The notes under the pieces are model-generated. The model searched no databases. It saw only the letters and a list, made by a program, of their open reading frames with translations, and was not told where the DNA came from. DNA of 64,000 bases from Nannocystis bainbridge (GTDB taxonomy: Bacteria > Myxococcota_A > Polyangia > Nannocystales > Nannocystaceae): positions 320,001-384,000 of the forward strand of contig NZ_JAQNDL010000003.1 in assembly GCF_028368995.1 (NCBI RefSeq), in the 5' to 3' direction. Of the stretch, positions 1-9,387 are shown piece after piece. A program made the translations under genes and the position numbers. Each line of letters opens with the position of its first letter. The stretch's first letter is position 1.

Positions 1-1
1 C

Positions 2-2692
2 GCCCCCGCCTCTCGCCGCGAGACCGCGAGCGACCGCTTCGATGCCCCTCCCGCGACCGCGCCTCGCCGAAAGACCGCCAGCGACCCCGGCAAGCCTGCC
101 TCCGCGCCTGCGTCGCGCTTCGCGTCTGCCAGCGACCTCTTTGGTGCCTCACTCGCGAACGCGCCGCCCCAAGGATCCGACGCCGCAGATTGCTCGGCTG
201 TCCCCGCGTCTCGCCCCGCAGCGACCGGCGACCCCTTTGATTCCTCGCCCGCGAGCTCGCCGCACCGCGAACAGGCGCGCGATCCCGCCGCCGACCGCTC
301 GACCGTCCCCACGTCTCGCCGCGGAGCCACCGGCGACCTCTTCGCTGCCTCGCCCGCGAGCGCGCCGCGCCGCGAACACGAGCGCGACACCGCGGCGCGT
401 ACCTCTCGCCTCGCGGCCACGGGCGACCTCTTCGAACGCGCGCGTGACTCCGCAGAGCCCTCGACGGTCCGCACCGCTCGCGGAACCACCGGCGACCTCT
501 TCGATACCAACCCCGTGCCCGCCCCTCGCCGCGGGCGCGACAGTGACTCCGCAGAGCGCCCGCCTGCCCCGGCGGCCGCGACCGACGACCTCTTCGCCGC
601 AACGACCTCGTCCCGCCGCAAGACCGCGAGCGAGCGCGCCGCGGCTCCTCCTGCGTCGGCGTCTCGCCGTGCGACCAATGATCGCACCGAGCTCGCATCA
701 CGTCCCGGCCCCACGTCGGCCCGCCTCGACGCCCCGACCGCCCCTCACGACATTCCCGCGAGCGCGTCACGCCCCCGCCCGGCCAGCGAGCCATCGACCT
801 CGTCACCGCGTCGCAGCGCCGACCCCGAGTCGCCGCTCTCCGCCCCCGCCGACCTGCGCGCCCTCCTGCGCGCGCGCTTCGGCTTCCCCGACTTCCGCCC
901 CTACCAGGAGGCCGTCTGTCGCACCGCCACGCTCGGTCGCGATCTCCTGCTCGTCATGCCCACGGGGGCCGGCAAGTCGCTCTGCTATCAGCTCCCGGGT
1001 ATCGCCCGCGGCGGCACCACGCTCGTCATCAGCCCGCTCATCGCCTTGATGGAAGATCAGGCCGGCCGACTCTCCGCCCAGGGCTTTCGCGCCGAGCGCA
1101 TTCACTCCGGCCGCAGCCGCACCGAATCGCGGCAGGCCTGCCTCGATTATTTGGCGGGCAAGCTCGATTTCCTGTTCATCGCCCCCGAGCGCCTGCGGGT
1201 GCCAGGATTCCCGGAGATGCTCGCCCGCCGCACCCCGGCGCTGGTCGCCGTCGACGAGGCCCACTGCATCTCGCAATGGGGTCACGACTTTCGCCCCGAC
1301 TATCGCATGCTCGGCCAGCGGCTGCCCGCCCTGCGTCCGGCGCCGATCATCGCCCTCACGGCGACCGCCACGCCCACCGTCCAGGACGACATCGTCGCCC
1401 AGTTGGGCCTGCGCGACGCCGGCCGCTTCATCCACGGCTTTCGTCGCACCAACATCGCCATCGAGGTCATCGCCCGCAACCCGGGCGAGCGCGCCGACGC
1501 GATCTGCGAGCTGCTGTCCGAGCGCGCGCGCCGGCCCGCGATCGTCTACGCCGCCACCCGCAAGAGCGCCGAGGAGCTGGCGCAGGCCCTCGGTCCGCGG
1601 CTCGCCGCCGCCTACCACGCCGGCATGGGCAACGAGGACCGCGATCGCGTGCAGTCGGCCTTCTTGGCCGGCCAGCGCGAGATCATCGTCGCCACCACCG
1701 CCTTCGGCATGGGCATCGACAAGGCCGACGTGCGCACGATCGTCCACGCGGCGCTGCCCGGCAGCCTCGAGGGTTATTATCAGGAGATCGGGCGCGCCGG
1801 CCGTGACGGCGGGCCGGCGCGAGCGGTGCTGTTCCACGCCTACGTCGATCGCAAGACCCACGAGTTCTTCCACGAGCGCGACTACCCCGAGCCGCGTGCG
1901 ATCGAGGCGATCTTCACCAAGCTGCCGCGCACGCCGACCGCTCGCGCCGCCGTCAACAAGAGGCGCAGCCGCGCCGGTCGAGAGGCGTTCGAGCGGGCGC
2001 TCGAGAAGCTGCTCATCCACGGCGGCGCGATCGAAGCCAACGACGAGATCAGCAAGGGCGCGCCGACCTGGAAGGCCGGCTACGCCGCCCAGCGCGAGCA
2101 CAAGCAGCTCCAGCTCGAGGGCATGGCCCGCTTCGCCGAGGGCCACGGCTGCCGGATGGTGCGGCTCATCCGTCACTTCGGCGATCAGGAGGACCGCGGC
2201 GAGGCTTGTGGGATCTGCGACGCCTGCGCCCCCGATCGTTGCATCGCCCAGGAATACCGCGCCCCCAGCCCGAGCGAGCAGGTCCACGTCGCGCGCCTGC
2301 TCGCGGCGCTGTCGCAGGGCGACAGTCAGGCCACCGGCCGGCTCCACCGCGAGACGTTCCCCGACGACGAGATCGATCGCCGCTCCTTCGAACACCTGCT
2401 CGGCGGCCTGGTCGCGGCCGGCCTCGTGACCCTCGAGGAGGCGTCGTTCACCAAGCGCGGCAAGGCCATCCCGTTCCAGCGCGCGACGCTGACGCCCGCC
2501 GGCAAATCGCACGACATGACGGTCGCCGGGCTGAAGCTGCCGAAGGCGGCCGCGGCCAAGAAATCGAAGGCGACGACCTCGCGCCGCCGTGCGGCCCGTC
2601 CGGCGGTCGCCAAGCGCAAGACCGCCAAGCGCAAGACCACCAAGCGCAAGACCACGACCAAGCGCAAGCGTGCGCCGGCCAGCGACGATTGA
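2..2692 (+). CDS. recQ: RecQ-family ATP-dependent DNA helicase, 5'-truncated by the window edge, with a long low-complexity N-terminal linker and a Lys-rich C-terminal tail
   Basis: Motifs FGFPDFRPYQ, MPTGAGKSLCYQ, VDEAHCISQWGHDFRPDY, ALTATAT, AFGMGIDK, YYQEIGRAGRDG and Zn-binding CGICDAC. The frame stays open from base 2 through the GTG at 515, so the true start lies upstream of the window. Confidence 0.9.
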   Translation, partial: APASRRETASDRFDAPPATAPRRKTASDPGKPASAPASRFASASDLFGASLANAPPQGSDAADCSAVPASRPAATGDPFDSSPASSPHREQARDPAADRSTVPTSRRGATGDLFAASPASAPRREHERDTAARTSRLAATGDLFERARDSAEPSTVRTARGTTGDLFDTNPVPAPRRGRDSDSAERPPAPAAATDDLFAATTSSRRKTASERAAAPPASASRRATNDRTELASRPGPTSARLDAPTAPHDIPASASRPRPASEPSTSSPRRSADPESPLSAPADLRALLRARFGFPDFRPYQEAVCRTATLGRDLLLVMPTGAGKSLCYQLPGIARGGTTLVISPLIALMEDQAGRLSAQGFRAERIHSGRSRTESRQACLDYLAGKLDFLFIAPERLRVPGFPEMLARRTPALVAVDEAHCISQWGHDFRPDYRMLGQRLPALRPAPIIALTATATPTVQDDIVAQLGLRDAGRFIHGFRRTNIAIEVIARNPGERADAICELLSERARRPAIVYAATRKSAEELAQALGPRLAAAYHAGMGNEDRDRVQSAFLAGQREIIVATTAFGMGIDKADVRTIVHAALPGSLEGYYQEIGRAGRDGGPARAVLFHAYVDRKTHEFFHERDYPEPRAIEAIFTKLPRTPTARAAVNKRRSRAGREAFERALEKLLIHGGAIEANDEISKGAPTWKAGYAAQREHKQLQLEGMARFAEGHGCRMVRLIRHFGDQEDRGEACGICDACAPDRCIAQEYRAPSPSEQVHVARLLAALSQGDSQATGRLHRETFPDDEIDRRSFEHLLGGLVAAGLVTLEEASFTKRGKAIPFQRATLTPAGKSHDMTVAGLKLPKAAAAKKSKATTSRRRAARPAVAKRKTAKRKTTKRKTTTKRKRAPASDD

Positions 2693-2961
2693 CGGCAGGT
2701 TCCATGTGTTCCAAGGCGAGGACGTGACGGTGATGACCCGTCCGGGCCAGGCGTCGTTCGCCGCGAATTGCCGCCGGATCGAGCCGACCCGCACCGCGTT
2801 CGCGGGGTGAATCGCGCACCGACCCCTGCTGTGCAGAACGGCGCTGCACGGTTCACCCTGGGAGGGATTCATTGTGCCGGCGCCGCCTCGGCGACACGGT
2901 TGACAGCCGCTCCTGCGGAGCGGATCCTCCTGCCCCCAAACCTCCCTCGACACGATCGCAG

Positions 2962-3561
2962 ATGCACGACCACGATTGGCCGACCCTCCTGCGCGCAATC
3001 AGCGAGCGCCTGTTCGAAGTCACCGACGAGGATGCCCGCGAGGCGGCGTGGTTCGCCGCCGCCGAAGGCGACACCGAGCGCGAGGCGCTCGAAGCCCGGA
3101 CGCGGACCGCGTCGCGCTGGCTGGGCTTCCCCGGCGCCACCGAGGAGGAGATCGCAGCGCGCGAGCGTGAGCTCGGGGTCCGGTTCCCCGACGACTACCG
3201 GTCGTTTCTCCGCGCCAGCAATGGCTTCCTGAGCATGGCCGGCTTCCCCTATGGCATGTGTTCGTTGAGCCCCGTGCAGCAGGTCGGCTGGTTCCGCGAC
3301 CTCGACAGCGCCGGACGGCTCAAGGCCTATCGGCGCGACTTCGCCGATGCCGATCCGGATGCGCTCCCCGACGATTGGGCCGTCCCGTTCGAAGAATTCG
3401 AGCGGACGCTGCTCATCGGAGAGAGCGACGGCAACGAATGCATCCTCCTCCTCCCGCCCGGCCCCGACAACGACTGGGAGCTGTGGACCTACGATCCGGA
3501 GGCGGGCTTCGGCGGGGAGTCGTTTCGCGCGCTCATGGAGCACGGACTCCGCCACGAGTAA
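2962..3561 (+). CDS. SMI1/KNR4 (SUKH) family protein
   Basis: PGATEEEIAARERELGVRFPDDYRSFLRASNG is the typical SMI1/KNR4 signature; ATG at 2962. Confidence 0.8.
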   Translation: MHDHDWPTLLRAISERLFEVTDEDAREAAWFAAAEGDTEREALEARTRTASRWLGFPGATEEEIAARERELGVRFPDDYRSFLRASNGFLSMAGFPYGMCSLSPVQQVGWFRDLDSAGRLKAYRRDFADADPDALPDDWAVPFEEFERTLLIGESDGNECILLLPPGPDNDWELWTYDPEAGFGGESFRALMEHGLRHE

Positions 3562-3563
3562 AA

Positions 3564-4109
3564 TCAGTGGACTTCTTCCTTGTCGATCTTGACCTCGATC
3601 CGGCGGCCCTCGGCGCTGTCCTGGATCTGCACGTCCACGTGGCCGTCGACCCCGTCGGCTTGCAGCTGCTCGAGGATCTCCTGCTTCGCCGCCTCGGGTG
3701 ACAGCTCGTGGCTGACCTCGATCACCGGCAGGTCGGCCGGGCCGCCGATCGCCGGGGCTGTCGTGATCGTCGCGTTCGCCAGCGCCGGGAAGTTCGCCTC
3801 GAGGTCTGCCGTCAGCGCCGCGCCTGGCGGCAGCGAGGTTGCGAACAGCTCGATCTCCAGCGACGAGCCCGCCTGATCGTCCCGCTGCAGGCGCACCGTC
3901 GTCGCGCCCGTCTCCACCGCCTTGCCCTCGAGGTGCTTGGCGATCGCCTGGGCCGTCGCGTGGTCGAGGTCGGCGTCCGCGATCTTCACGGTGATGCCGG
4001 GCATCTCGGCGAGCTCCGCCGCCCGGGCCTGGACCTCCGGGTCGGGTTGGCAGGCCATGGCTGCGAGCGAGGCGAGGACGAGGGCGAGCGAGGCGATGGT
4101 GGTGCGCAT
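3564..4109 (-). CDS. Hypothetical lipoprotein
   Basis: Signal peptide and lipobox (LAAMAC); acidic mature part; GC-rich coding pattern. Confidence 0.7.
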   Translation of the reverse strand: MRTTIASLALVLASLAAMACQPDPEVQARAAELAEMPGITVKIADADLDHATAQAIAKHLEGKAVETGATTVRLQRDDQAGSSLEIELFATSLPPGAALTADLEANFPALANATITTAPAIGGPADLPVIEVSHELSPEAAKQEILEQLQADGVDGHVDVQIQDSAEGRRIEVKIDKEEVH

Positions 4110-4283
4110 GAAGTCTCCGTTGCCTCGCTCTACGGGCCGCGCAGAAAAAGGTGACAGTCGCTCGCTCGCCGCCGGCCCGGGCGAGATCGCGCCGCGCATC
4201 GCCGCGGCCAATCATCACACCATCGAGCCCACCGCCGCTCGCTGGTCGCGTCGGCGCCGCGATCCATCTTGATCGCAAACCTC

Positions 4284-6500
4284 ATGGATCTCTCGAAGTT
4301 CGCGCGACGCTCCGGCCCGCTGGCGTTTGCGATGACGATCGCCGCCCAGGCCTGGACAGCCCACGCCGCCCCGGCGCCGACCCTCGCCGCGGCCGCCGAC
4401 GAGACCCTGCGGCTGCGCGGGCGGGTCCTCGATCGCCAGGGCCGTCCGCTCGCCGGCGTCACCGTCGAGGCGTTCGACTTCGCCGCGCCGGTGCAGCGGC
4501 CCGCCGTCGTCAGCGGGCCCGACGGGCGCTTCGCCGTGCCGGACCTGGCCCGGCGCTCGCTGCTGCTGCGGCTCAGCCACCACTCGCACTACGTCGAGTG
4601 GATCCCGCTCGATTTGCAGCGGCCGGCGCGGGTCACCACCGTCGACGCCGGCGCGCTCGTTTTGACCGCGCGCCGGTCCGGGCGCGTGCGGCTGATGTTC
4701 GTCGGCGACACCATGTTCGGGCGCCGCTTCGTCGACGCCGACGAGGACGGCGTCGAGGGCGAGGCCGGCGACCTGATCCGCCCCGACTCGCGCACCGCCG
4801 ACGCCGCGCGGGTGCTGCGATTCGTCGGCGACGTCCTGGCCTCCGCCGATTACACCGTCGCCAACCTCGAGTGCGTCGTCACCGATCGCCCGGACACGCC
4901 GCACCCCTACAAGCCGTACGTCCTGCACTCGCACCCCGACACGATGCGCGGTCTCGTGAATGTCGGCGTCGACGCCGTCAGCTCCGGCAACAATCACGTG
5001 TTCGATTTCCTGGCCGCCGGCGTCAGCGACACCCTCACCGCCCTCGCCGCCGCCGGGCTCGACGACACCGGCGCGGGCGCCAGCGAGAGCGCCGCCCTCG
5101 GCACCGCGATCGCGCGCACGCTGAACAAGGTCGACCTCGCGCTGCTGGGCCTCTCGCACATGCGCTTCGACGGCCCCGACCTCGCGGCCTACCGCCTCGT
5201 CGCCGCCGATCCGGCCAAGAGCGGGGCGCTCTACGCCTCGGCGGACAACCTCGGCCAATTCCTCGCCGACGCCGGTGAGGCGTTCGCGGTGCCGATGCTG
5301 CACGGCGGCGACGAGTACGCCCGCTATCCGACCGCCGACATGCGCGCGCTGTTCGTCGCCGCGATCGAGGGCGGCGCCGGCCTGGTCGTCGCTCACCACC
5401 CGCACGTGCTGCAGGGCGTCGGCGTGGTCGACGGGCCCGACGCGCCGCGGTTCGTGCTCATGTCGCTCGGCAATTTTTTGTTCGACCACACCCGCCACGA
5501 CACCGTCGACTCGGCGATCGCCGTGGTCGACGTCGAGGCGCGCGCCGACGGCGGCCACGACGTCGCGCGCGTCGAGCTGATCCCGCTGCGCCTCGACGGC
5601 TACGTGCCGCGGCTGCTCGCCGGCGCGGCGCTGGCCCGCGTCGGCCGCTCGCTCGGCCACCTCTCGACCAGCCTGCCCACCCATACTCGCGACGGTCTGC
5701 GCGGCGCCGTCGTGTTCCCCTCGCGCCACCGCGTGCTCGCGTTCGCCGACGCGAGCCACTACCGGGTCACCGACACCCGCGAGCCGGTCCACCTCGCCGT
5801 GCTCGGCCGCGACAGCGGCGCGGTGACGTTCGCCCGCCGCGGCCCGGCCGACAGCCTCGCGCGCGTCGACACCGAAGTGCCCGCCGACATCGTGCTCGGC
5901 CGCGACCTCCTCGATCACGGCGACTTCGAGGACCTCGACGTCGACGGCGAGGTCGGCGACGCCTTCGGCTGGGACCTGAGCCCTGCCGCGTTCGTCCAGG
6001 GCCGCACCGTGCGCCACGGCGTGCGCGCGGCGGTCCTGCGGCGCGCCGTCACCGACGCCGACACGACCTCCCTGGTGACCCGCCGCCGCGTCCCGATCGA
6101 CGGCGACAAGCCGATCACGATCCGCGGCTACCTGCGCGGCGAGGCGGCCGGGGCCGTGGTCGTGCGCGCCCGCTTCTTCGCCGACGACGCCCTGCTCGCC
6201 GAACAGGTGGTGTTCACGCAGAAGCCCGGCAGCTACGACTGGGCCCGCTTCTCCACCACCGTCAGCCCGCCGCCGGGCGCCCGCGGGATGCACCTGTCGT
6301 TTCGCCAGGATCGACCGGCGCGCGGCACCGGCGTGGCCTTCCTCGACGACGTGGCCGCGATCCAATGGGAGCGCACGGTCGCGGCCGGCGAGGCGATCCC
6401 GACCCCCAACGACTGGGACTTCGTCCGCTTCCGCGACGTCGCGCCGAACACCACCCGCCTCGACGCCGTGTTCACCCACCGCCGCTACGCCGCGAACTGA
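4284..6500 (+). CDS. CapA/PGA_cap-family metallophosphatase-fold protein with an N-terminal carboxypeptidase-regulatory-like domain and a C-terminal CBM-like domain
   Basis: VGDTMFGR, ANLE, GNNHVFDF, HGGDEY, HHPHVLQG and SLGNFLFD motifs; N-terminal GRVLDRQGRPLAGVTV; signal peptide. Confidence 0.8.
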   Translation: MDLSKFARRSGPLAFAMTIAAQAWTAHAAPAPTLAAAADETLRLRGRVLDRQGRPLAGVTVEAFDFAAPVQRPAVVSGPDGRFAVPDLARRSLLLRLSHHSHYVEWIPLDLQRPARVTTVDAGALVLTARRSGRVRLMFVGDTMFGRRFVDADEDGVEGEAGDLIRPDSRTADAARVLRFVGDVLASADYTVANLECVVTDRPDTPHPYKPYVLHSHPDTMRGLVNVGVDAVSSGNNHVFDFLAAGVSDTLTALAAAGLDDTGAGASESAALGTAIARTLNKVDLALLGLSHMRFDGPDLAAYRLVAADPAKSGALYASADNLGQFLADAGEAFAVPMLHGGDEYARYPTADMRALFVAAIEGGAGLVVAHHPHVLQGVGVVDGPDAPRFVLMSLGNFLFDHTRHDTVDSAIAVVDVEARADGGHDVARVELIPLRLDGYVPRLLAGAALARVGRSLGHLSTSLPTHTRDGLRGAVVFPSRHRVLAFADASHYRVTDTREPVHLAVLGRDSGAVTFARRGPADSLARVDTEVPADIVLGRDLLDHGDFEDLDVDGEVGDAFGWDLSPAAFVQGRTVRHGVRAAVLRRAVTDADTTSLVTRRRVPIDGDKPITIRGYLRGEAAGAVVVRARFFADDALLAEQVVFTQKPGSYDWARFSTTVSPPPGARGMHLSFRQDRPARGTGVAFLDDVAAIQWERTVAAGEAIPTPNDWDFVRFRDVAPNTTRLDAVFTHRRYAAN

Positions 6501-6533
6501 GGCGCCACGCCGCGGACCGAGGCGCAGCCGCGC

Positions 6534-7754
6534 TCACGTGCGCACGGTCGGGGCTGGGCCGTGCCAGGTCGGCGCTTCGCTGACGCGGAACACCTCGCGC
6601 AGCTCGCTCGCGCTCTGGAACCGGCGCGCCGGGTCCTTCTCGAGCGCGCGGAGGATCAGCGCCTCCCACTCGAGCGGGATGTCGGGGCGGAGCAGCCGCG
6701 GCGCCGGCACCGGATCCTGGCAGTGGGCCAGGCCGAGGGCGATCGGCGACGGCGCGCTGAACGGCGGCCGGCCGGTCAGCGCGTGGTAGAGCATCGCCCC
6801 GAGCGCGTAGATGTCGGTGCGGGCGTCGACCTGGCCGCCGCGGACCTGCTCCGGCGCCATGTACTCGGGCGTGCCGACGACCATGTTGGTCGCCGTCATC
6901 CCCGACTCGGCCAGCGGGCGGGCGATCCCGAAGTCGATGATCTTGACCTGGCGATCGCCCGCGAGCAGCACGTTGGCCGGTTTGAGATCGCGGTGGATCA
7001 CCCCGGCCGCGTGGGCCGCCGCCAGGCCGTCGCACAGCTGCTCCGCGATCGGCCGCAGCTGCGCGGCGGGCAGGGCCCCGATCCGCTTGAGCCGGGCCGC
7101 CAGGCTCTCGCCGGCCACGTACTCCATCGAAAGGAACAGCAGCCCGTTCTCCTCGCCGAGGTCGTGCAGACGCACGACGTTGGGGTGGGAGATCCGCCTG
7201 GCCGTGCTGGCCTCGCGGCGCAGGCGATCGGCGGCGCTGGGGTCGAGCAGGCCGAGGCCGGCGACCACCTTGAGCGCGACCTCCTCGCCGAGCTGTTCGT
7301 CGCGCGCGAGGTAGACCGCACCCATGCCGCCGGCGCCGAGCAGGCGCACGACGACGAAGCGATTGGCGACCCGCTGGCCAGGCCGGACCTGGCCGGCGAT
7401 CAGGCTCTCGGCCTCACCGGCCGCGGCCGAGACCGCCGCGCGCTGGGCCGGCGCGGGCCCGAGAGCGGCGATGCTCTGGGTCGCGACCGCCAGCCGCTGC
7501 AGCTTGGCGTTGAGCTCGAAGTCGACGTTGCAGACGATGGTCTCGAGCGACTGCACGCGCTGCTCGAGGATCTTTCGCTCCTCGACCAGCGCCTTGCGCT
7601 CTTCCATCAGAGCCTTGAGCTGGCCGGCGTCGCCGCCCTGGCCCGACTCGAGCTCCTTCATCCGCTGCTCGTGCTTGAAGCGGAGGTACTTCGGGCCGAG
7701 CAGCCCGAGGACCACGCTGATGAAGAAGAAGATCGGGACGAGGACCTCGGCCAT
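6534..7754 (-). CDS. Hanks-type Ser/Thr kinase with an N-terminal TM helix and coiled coil
   Basis: LGAGGMGAVY, VALK, HRDLKPANV, DFG, GTPEYMAPE. Confidence 0.92.
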   Translation of the reverse strand: MAEVLVPIFFFISVVLGLLGPKYLRFKHEQRMKELESGQGGDAGQLKALMEERKALVEERKILEQRVQSLETIVCNVDFELNAKLQRLAVATQSIAALGPAPAQRAAVSAAAGEAESLIAGQVRPGQRVANRFVVVRLLGAGGMGAVYLARDEQLGEEVALKVVAGLGLLDPSAADRLRREASTARRISHPNVVRLHDLGEENGLLFLSMEYVAGESLAARLKRIGALPAAQLRPIAEQLCDGLAAAHAAGVIHRDLKPANVLLAGDRQVKIIDFGIARPLAESGMTATNMVVGTPEYMAPEQVRGGQVDARTDIYALGAMLYHALTGRPPFSAPSPIALGLAHCQDPVPAPRLLRPDIPLEWEALILRALEKDPARRFQSASELREVFRVSEAPTWHGPAPTVRT

Positions 7755-7819
7755 ACGCTCTTCTTCTTACATCTCCGCTCCGGACAGCGGGCGAGCGGGC
7801 GGCGAATTGCCGCCGGGGC

Positions 7820-8056
7820 TCAGACCTTCTCGCCGCGGGCGCGGAGCTCCGCGACCACGATCTCGATGCCCCGCTTGTCGATCACGCGCAGGCCGTGGGC
7901 GCTGACCCGCAGGGTGACCCAGCGGTCCTCGCTCGGCACGAAGAAGCGCTTGCGGTGCAAGTTGGGGATGTTCCGCTTGTGCGTGCGGACGTGCGAATGC
8001 GACACATTCATGCCGCCCTGAGGGCGCTTCCCGGTGACCTGACAGACTTGCGACAT
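7820..8056 (-). CDS. rpmB: 50S ribosomal protein L28
   Basis: [25 protein letters not shown], 78 aa. Confidence 0.95.
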   Translation of the reverse strand: MSQVCQVTGKRPQGGMNVSHSHVRTHKRNIPNLHRKRFFVPSEDRWVTLRVSAHGLRVIDKRGIEIVVAELRARGEKV

Positions 8057-8484
8057 AAAGCGGCCTTGTGCGTTGGAGGGGCGGGAAAGTAGCCGCGGGC
8101 TCCCGGGGGTGTCAAGGGAACTCCCGCCGCCCCGCCGCCCGCGATCGCGGCCCGGCCCTCGCCCCGGCCGCGGCGCCCTGGCCTGGACCCCTGGCGCAGC
8201 AGACGCTCGAATCTGCCGCTTTGGGCCGCTCCCGGGGCTTCCTGGGGCTCCCGGCGGCCTCGCCGCCCGTGCGCTAGCGCTCGCGCCACTGGCGCCTTGC
8301 TGCCGCTGGCCGCCGCCGAAACGAATGGCCCTGATTTAACGCCGACCGGCAGGCGGGCAGATCTTGCTGGATCGCGGCCGGCCGAACGGCCCTGCGCCGG
8401 GCGGACGCCTACAGCGCACGCGAGGCGCCGCGATCTCCCGCGAGCGCCGGCGTCGAGATCTGCGCGCGGACCGCCTGCACCGGT

Positions 8485-8564
8485 GGACATGTCCCACGGG
8501 ACATGTCTGAAAAACCACGTACGAAAGGGCACGTCCCGCAGGACATGCCCTTTCGTTCATGCGT
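8485..8564. repeat. Array of 14-bp-period GGACATGTCC-like units
   Basis: Units at 8485, 8499, (8513), 8527, 8541 and (8555), all in 14-bp phase; internal A-tract. Confidence 0.85.
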
Positions 8565-8585
8565 ACGAATGGACCGGGTCAGGGC

Positions 8586-9269
8586 TCAGGGCGCGGCGCC
8601 CTCGTCGATCCACTGCTCGACCAGCGCGATCTTGTCGGCGGCGAGCGGCGGGCCGCCCTTGGGCATCTGCGCCGGGTTGCCGTTGAACGGGCCGTCGCCG
8701 CTGGTGCCTTTGAGCTTGGCCAGGAAGTACGACGCGGCCGCGTCGCCGGGCGCGATCCGCTTGAAGCCGGCGGCCTGGGTCGAGTCGACGTCGACGATCG
8801 CCGTATAGGCGGAGGCGGCGTCGGAGAACGTCAGGCCGCCGCTGCCCTGGGTGTGACAGCCGCAGTTGCCGGCGATCGCGGCCGGGAACACGTCGGTCTC
8901 CCAGCTGAGGCCATCGCCGGTGGTGGTCGTCGTGGTCGTCTCCGGCTCCGTCGAGGTGCCGGGCTCGGTGGTGGTGGTCCCGGGCTCGGTGGTGGTGGTC
9001 CCGGGCTCCTCGGTGGTGGTGCCGGGCACGGTCGTCGAGTCCGTGTCCGTGGCGGTGGTGGTGGTCGTCGTCGTCGGCTCACCCGTGGTCGGCTCGTCGG
9101 TGGTCGACTCGGTCGCCGTGGACGTGCCGTCGGTCGTCGAGGCCGTATCGTCGGTCGTGGTCGTGCCGGGGGTGACGTTCGCGTCGGTGGCATTGCCGTC
9201 GTCACCACAAGCGACGAGCGGCAAGGTCAGCAAACTGAAAGTGAAAATCAATTGAAGCGAGTTCTTCAT
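8586..9269 (-). CDS. Lipoprotein with a Thr-rich linker and a C-terminal cytochrome c-like domain
   Basis: Lipobox LVAC; TTTTEPG repeats; NCGCH motif, later MPKGGPPL...WIDEGA. Confidence 0.7.
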   Translation of the reverse strand: MKNSLQLIFTFSLLTLPLVACGDDGNATDANVTPGTTTTDDTASTTDGTSTATESTTDEPTTGEPTTTTTTTATDTDSTTVPGTTTEEPGTTTTEPGTTTTEPGTSTEPETTTTTTTGDGLSWETDVFPAAIAGNCGCHTQGSGGLTFSDAASAYTAIVDVDSTQAAGFKRIAPGDAAASYFLAKLKGTSGDGPFNGNPAQMPKGGPPLAADKIALVEQWIDEGAAP

Positions 9270-9387
9270 CGCGGCGGGACACTATCACGAGTCTCCGCAG
9301 CCAGAAGCGCCGACCGCCGCGCTCGGGGTCGTCCCGAGCGCGGCGGTAGGCCACTTCATTTGCGACGTCTGAGGTCGCACGCACCCA

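Noticed and set aside
2610-2670. CCAAGCGCAAGA 15-bp tandem repeats
   Set aside because: They encode the KRKT basic tail of RecQ, a protein-level repeat.
1-8400. 14-bp motif copies in the first 8 kb
   Set aside because: Only isolated half-sites were seen by eye, none in convincing phase. A PWM scan is needed before claiming presence or absence.
8920-9180. GTGGTG-rich tandem repeats (also 9730-9880 and 61780-61850)
   Set aside because: Explained by Thr-rich protein linkers with a period that is a multiple of 3; not independent DNA elements.
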